Positions 57,649-64,000 of a stretch of DNA of 64,000 nt are shown here, piece by piece. Made by a program: the position numbers and the translations under genes. Source of the stretch: Myxococcaceae bacterium (GTDB taxonomy: Bacteria > Myxococcota > Myxococcia > Myxococcales > Myxococcaceae); assembly GCA_052143535.1 (NCBI GenBank), contig JBKQSS010000075.1:40588-104587 (forward strand), given 5' to 3'. Numbering within the stretch: position 1 is the first letter of the stretch; every line of letters begins with the position of its first letter. The notes below the pieces were generated by a model. That model saw only the letters and a program-made list of their open reading frames with translations, had not been told where the DNA came from and did not search any database.

Positions 57649-59333
57649 GGCTGTCGTTGGCGGAGCTCGCGCACGTCCAGCTTGCCCGCCTCCATCAGGC
57701 CAGTCTTCGCGTCGAAAATCCGAAAATCCAGCGTCGAGCGACCGAGCGGTTGCGACTCGACAAAAATGCAGCGGAGCTCGCCCGCTTCAAATCCGCACTG
57801 TTCCTGGACGGCATTCAGAAGCGACTCTCGGTGCAGGTGCCCATCGCCGAAATTCCAGCCCAGTATGAGGCCGGCGATGACTTCGCCTTCGACGTACTCG
57901 TAGTCCTCGAGGCGCCCCACCGCCCGCGGGATGAGCACTGGCAGGGCGCCACCGTGCAGGTGCATCAGCCTGAAGCCGAGGACTTTTCCAAACAGGCCTA
58001 CGGCGGTGGCTTTGTCATAGAAACGGTCCAGCTGGTCGAAAACCCACGGTGCGCTCTTGGTGAGCCGGTCTAGCTTTCGGTAGCTGTCGCCGCGGAAGAG
58101 CCAGACCCCGTATGCCCAGTTACCGGCGTAGTAGCGCATGGCGAGGAGGAACGAGAAACGCCCCGGGAAAAGGTTGCCGGCTAACGGGATGGCCACCAGC
58201 ATAAGAGCGAGAAAAGCCGTCACCCACGCCGGGCCCAGAGCTGCCAGGGTGACGTCGGGATGCGCCCAGAAGAGCGCAAACGCTCCGTAGACCACCATGA
58301 AGTTCCATTCGATGGGCACCCCCATCGGCACGTTGCTGGTGATGTAGAGGTGCAAAAGCAGCATCAGCACCATGCCCACCACCAGCGAGGGGCCGCCCGG
58401 CGACAGAAGAAGGATGACCGGAACGCCCAGTTCGAGTGCGGTCCCGGCATGCGCCATCCACTCGGCAAGCCGCGAGGGCCGCAGGTCGTCGGGGTAGCGT
58501 CGGTACATCCTCCGGCGCAACCACGCAAAGCGCAGGAAGGGGCTGTTGCTAGTCATCACGCAGACCACACTCGGGAAGTGGTGGTTAAGCTTCGAGAAGC
58601 CAGCCCAGAACCAGAGGGCGAGCTGCACCGCCTTCGCGCCGGCAATCCAGTTGCTGGCGAAGGCGAAGCACACCGTCGTGGTCCAGTAGTGCTCGGCGCG
58701 GAGAGCGAGAAATACGGTCCGGTCGGCCAGCCCAACCAGAGGAACCAGCACCACCACCGGGAGGAGGTACGCTGCATCGAGCGCGGGTGCGATGAGCGCC
58801 CGCACCAGCGCGAGCAGCAGGGCGGCATAGAGCACCACGTCCACCCACGTCCGCCGGGTGCCGCCAAGGAGGGGCAGGGACGGAAACAGCGGCAGCTTGG
58901 TGGTGCCCGGTCTCAGAAAGTACAGAAAGCCACCGAGGGGCGGAAAGTAGCGTCCGGTGAGGGGACCGCTGCCGCAGCCCAGCCCGAGGCCTTCAAAAAG
59001 CATGCTCCACAGGATGGCCTTCTGGAAGGCAACCGGCGCAAGCCACCAAGAGGCGATGGAGGTCAGCCCCCCCAGGCCCGGGGTGAAGCTGCAGAAGAAG
59101 ACCCACGCGCCGATGTAGAGGAGCAACTTGAAGGCGTGAATGGCGTAAGCGCCGAGGGGTGTCCCATAGCCCTGGATGGCCCAGGCCTGACAAACCATCC
59201 GCCCGCGCTCCTCGAGTGGCTTCTTCGCCCAGAGGAGCGCGTCATAGGGCGGTGGAGTCGGCTGAAGCAGCTTCACGAGCACCTCGAGCCTTGGAAGGGA
59301 TTTGCCGGCAAGGTAGCCCAGTCGTCGGCGCAT
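57633..59333 (-). CDS. polytopic membrane protein, DUF3556-like
   Basis: 566 aa with about 10 TM and a soluble C-terminal domain. The size and architecture fit what I recall of DUF3556 (~570-590 aa). Assigned from memory only. Confidence 0.6.
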   Translation of the reverse strand: MRRRLGYLAGKSLPRLEVLVKLLQPTPPPYDALLWAKKPLEERGRMVCQAWAIQGYGTPLGAYAIHAFKLLLYIGAWVFFCSFTPGLGGLTSIASWWLAPVAFQKAILWSMLFEGLGLGCGSGPLTGRYFPPLGGFLYFLRPGTTKLPLFPSLPLLGGTRRTWVDVVLYAALLLALVRALIAPALDAAYLLPVVVLVPLVGLADRTVFLALRAEHYWTTTVCFAFASNWIAGAKAVQLALWFWAGFSKLNHHFPSVVCVMTSNSPFLRFAWLRRRMYRRYPDDLRPSRLAEWMAHAGTALELGVPVILLLSPGGPSLVVGMVLMLLLHLYITSNVPMGVPIEWNFMVVYGAFALFWAHPDVTLAALGPAWVTAFLALMLVAIPLAGNLFPGRFSFLLAMRYYAGNWAYGVWLFRGDSYRKLDRLTKSAPWVFDQLDRFYDKATAVGLFGKVLGFRLMHLHGGALPVLIPRAVGRLEDYEYVEGEVIAGLILGWNFGDGHLHRESLLNAVQEQCGFEAGELRCIFVESQPLGRSTLDFRIFDAKTGLMEAGKLDVRELRQRQPWAAA

Positions 59334-59442
59334 TGGCTGACGGTGCAGTCCTTCCTTCGTTAGGGCGCGCGCTCCCCCTCAGGCCAACCCACCGTGGGTG
59401 CCGGTCGGACGTCGCCGCTTGCACCAGACTCGAAAGGGAGCT

Positions 59443-59476
59443 ATCTATAGATACATCTAAAGACACATCTCTAGAT
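59443..59476. promoter_or_regulatory. AT-rich repeat/palindrome cluster, candidate PadR operator/promoter
   Basis: ATCTATAGAT (perfect palindrome) ACATCT aaagac ACATCT CTAGAT. It is 29% GC and overlaps the first candidate start of the PadR gene. Confidence 0.5.
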
Positions 59477-60071
59477 GGGTCGAGAGGAGAGCGGCGTGCA
59501 CGAGGGACATTGGGACTGGGAGCGTCATTTCATGGGTCGGGGCTTTCGCGGACGCCGAGGCGGTGGCGCGGACTTCTGGGAAGTCTTTGGCGGCCCTCCG
59601 CCGCGGGCGGACCGCGGGGCAGTGCGGTACCTCGTCCTGGACGCCATCGAGAAGCAAGCGCGCCATGGTTACGAGATTATGCAAGCCATTGAGGACCGGA
59701 GCGGACGGACCTACCGCCCCAGCCCGGGCGTCATTTACCCGACGCTTCAACTGCTAGAGGAGTTGGGCCATGCGCGCGTTGAGGAGCGCGATGGCCGCAA
59801 GGTGTACGCCATCACCGCAGACGGGAAGCGCGACCTCGAGGAGCACCGCGAGGAGGTGACCGACTTCTACGAGCGGTCCGGCGCCGGGAGCTGGGAGGAG
59901 TACGCCGAGGAGCTGGGGGACCTCATCAAACACGCCACTCGGCTCTTCAAGGTCTTCCGACACTCCGCCCGCCACGGCAGGCTCAGCCCAGCGACGATGA
60001 AGAAGGTGCGCGGGGTCCTCGACGAGGCGATGGCCAAAATCGAAGCACTGGTGGACACGGACCGGAGCTGA
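59475..60071 (+). CDS. PadR family transcriptional regulator
   Basis: VRYLVLDAIEKQARHGYEIMQAIEDRSGRTYRPSPGVIYPTLQLLEELGH. GTG 59496, preceded by GAGAGGAGA, is the more likely start. Confidence 0.88.
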   Translation: MGREESGVHEGHWDWERHFMGRGFRGRRGGGADFWEVFGGPPPRADRGAVRYLVLDAIEKQARHGYEIMQAIEDRSGRTYRPSPGVIYPTLQLLEELGHARVEERDGRKVYAITADGKRDLEEHREEVTDFYERSGAGSWEEYAEELGDLIKHATRLFKVFRHSARHGRLSPATMKKVRGVLDEAMAKIEALVDTDRS

Positions 60072-60154
60072 CCGTCAAGCGAGTCGGGTCTGGCTCTGGA
60101 ACGAACCCAGGGCCAACCGGCGACGCCCCATGCCATGCTCGGCTGCATGCTCGC

Positions 60155-61768
60155 ATGCGGAACGCCGGCATGACCACCAACTCATCGGCCCCGGCACGGA
60201 TGCGCTGGTTTGTCCGTGGAGACGTCGATGGCTTCTTTGGCCTCGCGCTGGACAACCTCGTCCAGCTGCTGGTGCTGTCTGCGTTGTGCCGGACAGTGCT
60301 CGGCTTCCCTGACGCGCTTCTCTTTGGCCGAGTGTTGCCCGGTGCGGCCGTCTCTCTCCTAGTCGGCAACGTCTTCTACGCGTGGCAGGCGATGGCGCTC
60401 GGGCGGACCACCGGCCGGGCGGATGTGTGCGCGCTTCCCTATGGCATCAACACGGTGTCGCTCTTCGCCTACGTCTTCCTCGTCATGCTGCCGGCCAAGC
60501 TCGCCGCGCAGGCAGCCGGAGAGGCCGACCCGGCCCGGGTGGCCTGGCATGCGGGCCTGGTGGCCTGCTTCGGCTCGGGGATGATTGAGCTGCTGGGGAG
60601 CGCAGTGGCCGAGCGCATCCGAAGGGCCACCCCGCGTGCCGCGTTGCTCTCCACGCTCGCCGGAATCGCCCTGACTTTCATCGCCATTGGCTTTCTGTTC
60701 CGCACCTATACCCGGCCCGTGATTGGCCTCGGCACGCTGGCGGTCATTTTTGTCGTGTACTTCGGCCGGGTGTCGTTTCGCGGAGGCCTGCCCGGGGGCT
60801 TCGTGGCGGTGGCCCTCGGTGTGGCGTTCGCCTGGCTCACGGGTCTGGCACCGACCGGCCCCACTCCTGCTCCGCCGGCACTCCATCTGCCGCTACCTGT
60901 CCTAGGGGAGCTCTTCACCGCGCTGACCGGCCATTACCTGCTCGGCTACTTCTCCGTCATTCTGCCGATGGGCCTCTTCGCCACCATCGGCTCGCTGCAA
61001 AACATAGAGTCCGCCCGAGCCGCCGGAGACGTGTACCCAGTTCGCAGCTCCCTCGCGATGAACGGTCTGGGGACGCTGGCCGCCTGCGCCTTCGGTTCGT
61101 GCTTCCCGACGACGCTCTACATCGGCCACCCGGGTTGGAAGGCCATGGGGGCCCGTGCAGGGTACTCAGTCCTCAATGGCGCATTCATGAGCCTTATCTG
61201 CTTCACCGGGACACTGGGGTGGATTGCCTGGGCCGTCCCAGTCGACGCCGGGATGGCCATTGTCCTCTGGATTGGCATCGTCATTGCTGGGCAAGCATTT
61301 CAGGCGACGCCACGTCGTCATGCTCCGGCGGTGGTCGTGGGCCTACTGCCCAGCATCGCCGGGTGGGGCGCCTATATGGCCAAGGCCGGGCTCCATGCGG
61401 CCGGAATGGGCGGCCCGAATGGAGCGCCGTTCTCGCCAACGCTAGTCGGAGTATTTGAGCGGTCGGACATTTGGTTTGACGGCGCACTCCGATTGGAGCA
61501 GGGCTTCATCCTGAGCAGCATGCTGCTCGCGGCTGCCACTGTGGCTGTCATCGAGAGGCGCTTTGTGCAGGCTGGTGCCTGGTGCCTCGGTGGCGCGGCA
61601 CTTTCCGCCATCGGGTTGATGCACTCCTACCGCTGGGCGCCGGGGGACACCGTCCTGTCACTCACCCCTGCGTGGCCGTGGGCCGCGGGCTACGCCGTCA
61701 TGGCAGTCATTTTCATCCTGGCGAAGTGGGTCACCCTGCCGAGGGTTGACCTCCCAGACGAGGGGTGA
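60155..61768 (+). CDS. NCS2/AzgA-type purine (adenine/guanine/hypoxanthine) permease family
   Basis: [19 protein letters not shown]..., polytopic, ...[14 protein letters not shown].... Confidence 0.7.
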   Translation: MRNAGMTTNSSAPARMRWFVRGDVDGFFGLALDNLVQLLVLSALCRTVLGFPDALLFGRVLPGAAVSLLVGNVFYAWQAMALGRTTGRADVCALPYGINTVSLFAYVFLVMLPAKLAAQAAGEADPARVAWHAGLVACFGSGMIELLGSAVAERIRRATPRAALLSTLAGIALTFIAIGFLFRTYTRPVIGLGTLAVIFVVYFGRVSFRGGLPGGFVAVALGVAFAWLTGLAPTGPTPAPPALHLPLPVLGELFTALTGHYLLGYFSVILPMGLFATIGSLQNIESARAAGDVYPVRSSLAMNGLGTLAACAFGSCFPTTLYIGHPGWKAMGARAGYSVLNGAFMSLICFTGTLGWIAWAVPVDAGMAIVLWIGIVIAGQAFQATPRRHAPAVVVGLLPSIAGWGAYMAKAGLHAAGMGGPNGAPFSPTLVGVFERSDIWFDGALRLEQGFILSSMLLAAATVAVIERRFVQAGAWCLGGAALSAIGLMHSYRWAPGDTVLSLTPAWPWAAGYAVMAVIFILAKWVTLPRVDLPDEG

Positions 61769-61852
61769 GGCGTCGAGGCTAGGGCGGTTCGGTCAGGCAA
61801 GCCCATGAACGCCGATTGGGCTAGCCTCGGGCGCCTCGACATAGGAGTGCGA

Positions 61853-62860
61853 ATGGCCACGACACGACGGAAGCTTCTCCAGACGGCGGGCGCTGCTGCC
61901 GCAGGGACGGTGCTCTTGAGTCGGCCAACAAAGGCTGCCGGAAAGGCAAGCCCGACTTTCTCACCGCGCTCCCTCAGCTACTGCATGTTGCAGGGTCCGA
62001 GCGGCATGAGCCTCGGGGTGAAGCATGATGAGCGCATCCTCGATGTCGGAAAGGCAGGGAAGCTCTTGGGCACAGCGGTACCTGCCAGCACGGACGATGT
62101 CATCGCCGGGCGCAACCTCAAGGGGCTGCAAGAAGCGCTCACTGCGGCTGCCTCCTTGAAGGCCGTCTTTATCCAGCAGAGTAGCGCTCAATTCGGCCCC
62201 TGCATCACTGCTCCCCAGAAAATCATCATGTTGGGCTTCAACTACCGTCGCCACGCGATGGAGACAGGAACGCCCATCCCCAAAGCACCGGTCCTCTTCA
62301 ATAAATACAACAACGCACTTTCCGGTCACGGGGGAATCATCAAGCTCCCTACCCAGGTTGCCTCGAAGTTCGATTACGAGGTCGAGCTCCAGGTCATCAT
62401 CGGCAAGACGGCACACCAGGTGGCCGAGGCGGACGCGCTCGGTTATGTGTTTGGCTATGCCACCGGCAACGATTTCTCGGCGCGCGACCTCCAGTTTCGC
62501 GATGGAAAGGCGTCGCAGTTCATGCTCGGGAAGACGTCCGATGGATTCATGCCCATTGGCCCATGGCTGGTGGGTGCCGAGTTGGTCGGGGACCCTCAGA
62601 AGCTAGCCGTGGAGTGCCGCGTCAACGGCGAGTCGCGCCAGTCCTCAAACACGAGCGACATGATTTTCACCTGTGCCCAAATCATCAGCTACGCCTCACA
62701 AGTCTTCACGCTCTCTCCAGGGGACCTCATCTCAACGGGCACGCCGGAGGGCGTCATTGGCGGCAAGCCGGAGGCACAGCAAGTCTGGCTCAAGCCCGGG
62801 GACAAAATCGCCTGCAGTGTCGAGAAGCTTGGCGAGCTCCAGTTCAACCTGGCGGGGTAA
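61853..62860 (+). CDS. fumarylacetoacetate hydrolase (FAH) family protein with a Tat-type signal peptide
   Basis: MATTRRKLLQTAGAAAAGTVLLS is twin-Arg. The FAH core reads FDYEVELQVIIGK...GNDFSARDLQ...GKTSDGFMPIGPW...PGDLISTGTPEGV. Confidence 0.8.
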   Translation: MATTRRKLLQTAGAAAAGTVLLSRPTKAAGKASPTFSPRSLSYCMLQGPSGMSLGVKHDERILDVGKAGKLLGTAVPASTDDVIAGRNLKGLQEALTAAASLKAVFIQQSSAQFGPCITAPQKIIMLGFNYRRHAMETGTPIPKAPVLFNKYNNALSGHGGIIKLPTQVASKFDYEVELQVIIGKTAHQVAEADALGYVFGYATGNDFSARDLQFRDGKASQFMLGKTSDGFMPIGPWLVGAELVGDPQKLAVECRVNGESRQSSNTSDMIFTCAQIISYASQVFTLSPGDLISTGTPEGVIGGKPEAQQVWLKPGDKIACSVEKLGELQFNLAG

Positions 62861-63013
62861 TGCAGGCAGCAAGCTTCCCGCCCATCTTGTCGGGCGGTGT
62901 GCTGCGGCCAACCGCGCCCGGTTCAGCCAAACGTTGGGACCGCAATTCCGGTGTTACCGACAGTTCGGACACTTGAACGCAGCCCGAACAGCTCTGGAAA
63001 GGAGACAATAATC

Positions 63014-63403
63014 ATGGTGCCAGGCAAAGGAATCATCAGTCTGCCGAGCTCTCGCACGGTCTCAGAAACCCTGGACCGTGTGGAAGCGGCACTTCGAAGC
63101 AAAGCGATCACCGTCTTCGCGCGCGTGGATCATGCGGGCGAGGCAAGAAAGGTGGGATTGGCAATGCCCCCGACCCAGCTGTTGATTTTTGGAAACCCTA
63201 AAGGTGGCACCCTTGTAATGTTGGCTGCTCCCACCGCCGCGATTGATTTGCCGCTGAAAGCCCTGGCGTGGCAAGACGCCGACGGGAAAGTCTGGCTGAG
63301 TTATAACGACCCCGCATTCTTCGCGGCTCGCTTCGGCCTAAGCGACGCTCAAGTCGCGCCGCTCGCCGGAGTCAGCGCCGTCCTGGAACAAGCGTTGAAA
63401 TAA
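63014..63403 (+). CDS. DUF302 domain-containing protein
   Basis: GGAGA SD. ...TVFARVDHAGEARKVGLAMPPTQLLIFGNPKGGTLVM...IDLPLKALAWQDADGKVWLSYNDP. Confidence 0.8.
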   Translation: MVPGKGIISLPSSRTVSETLDRVEAALRSKAITVFARVDHAGEARKVGLAMPPTQLLIFGNPKGGTLVMLAAPTAAIDLPLKALAWQDADGKVWLSYNDPAFFAARFGLSDAQVAPLAGVSAVLEQALK

Positions 63404-63638
63404 GCCTCGGTGGAAAGGAGGGACGCCGCAGAACCGACAGTGTCACCTCTCGTCGCGCTCGGGTTCTTTGAAGCTGGCGAACCCCTTCCGCTGCGCACGC
63501 CGAGCAGCGCCTGAACGTAGATATCAACCTTCCGGAACCCGGCCTGGCGGCAGGGGGTGCTGAATAACGGGCTCGTGAACAACAAGGCCCCGGCTTGGCC
63601 AGCGCGGTCATCGTCTAGTGCAACTAAGGAGACGGCCA

Positions 63639-63893
63639 ATGAGACGACGACGACTTTCACAAGCAGTCGATTTTGGTGATGTGGCCACGATAGCGACCGC
63701 GATTGGCGCAGTTGCAATTGGCGCGTTCGCAATTGGAACGCTAGCCGTCGGTCGCGTTGCGGTTAGGCGGGCCAAATTCAAATCTCTGGAGATTGAAGAC
63801 CTCGCCGTGACGCGACTGCACGCCGGCGAACTCAAGGTGAGCGGCTCGCTTCAATTTCCTGGAAGCGAGGTCGAACGCCAGGTTTCACAATGA
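63639..63893 (+). CDS. small membrane-anchored hypothetical protein
   Basis: AAGGAGA SD lies 6 nt before the ATG. The product reads MRRRRLS...AIGAVAIGAFAIGTLAVGRVAVRRAKFKSLEIEDLAVTRL. Confidence 0.55.
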   Translation: MRRRRLSQAVDFGDVATIATAIGAVAIGAFAIGTLAVGRVAVRRAKFKSLEIEDLAVTRLHAGELKVSGSLQFPGSEVERQVSQ

Positions 63894-63927
63894 AGAAGAC
63901 ATCGAACTCATTCTTGAGGAGCAACTC

Positions 63928-64000
63928 ATGTCACGAGAATCGCGAATGTCCGCGGGAGTTCTTCTCATCGTTCTTCCGACGGTGATGTACGGGGGGATAG
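63928..64000 (+). CDS. hypothetical membrane protein, first 24 codons only (runs off the window)
   Basis: GAGGAG SD lies 6 nt before ATG 63928. The product MSRESRMSAGVLLIVLPTVMYGGI is open to the window end. Confidence 0.3.
   Translation, partial: MSRESRMSAGVLLIVLPTVMYGGI

Noticed and set aside
1-64000. Mobile elements, integrases, toxin-antitoxin or known defence-system genes, rRNA or tRNA (including selC).
   Set aside because: None is recognisable. No transposase or integrase motifs, terminal inverted repeats or tRNA-like sequences were found on reading both strands.

Overview
This is a high-GC (roughly 68%) chromosomal segment that is densely coding on both strands. I found no rRNA, tRNA, CRISPR array, transposase or integrase. 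The gene content (many lipoproteins, an ECF sigma factor, PHA genes, several membrane desaturases) suggests a myxobacterium-like deltaproteobacterium, but that is inference only. Modules from left to right:
- rsmE (partial), a SAM-dependent methyltransferase and two convergent membrane desaturases.
- A MacAB-like ABC exporter, a TolC-like outer-membrane protein and a MarR regulator.
- A polyhydroxyalkanoate locus (phaZ | phaR-phaP-pct-phaC), a Liv-type ABC importer and 3-hydroxybutyrate dehydrogenase.
- An NAD-linked formate dehydrogenase operon.
- A class-V PLP enzyme, rpoZ and an orphan receiver domain.
- A lipid-modification operon (RHH regulator, acyl-CoA desaturase, alpha/beta hydrolase, desaturase).
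- LysR with a Prx5-type peroxiredoxin, a PiT phosphate transporter and an RND efflux pair.
- An ECF sigma unit.
- A TunR-like regulator with an outer-membrane barrel, Mop and a Mo-domain protein.
- A large FN3 lipoprotein and a PLC-like phosphoesterase.
- A PadR-flanked operon (DUF3556, FAD oxidoreductase, NTF2-like), then a purine-type permease, a Tat-signal FAH protein and DUF302.

Most notable observations:
1. Two track ORFs of the formate dehydrogenase are one selenoprotein. They are joined by an in-frame UGA at the Mo-ligand position, followed by an fdhF-like SECIS hairpin.
2. The formate dehydrogenase alpha subunit is split at a domain boundary and its halves are permuted around the diaphorase gene (order A_C - GB - A_N).
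3. An untracked 39-codon ORF with a strong SD encodes a signal peptide plus the mature peptide STVGPCCPYCPHCPFCP. It lies directly upstream of an ECF sigma gene and a Cys-rich polytopic membrane protein gene.
4. Several AT-rich perfect palindromes or repeats look like operators (RHH operon, phasin/phaR, PadR, TunR-like).

All calls come from reading the sequence and from recalled family signatures. No database search was run.
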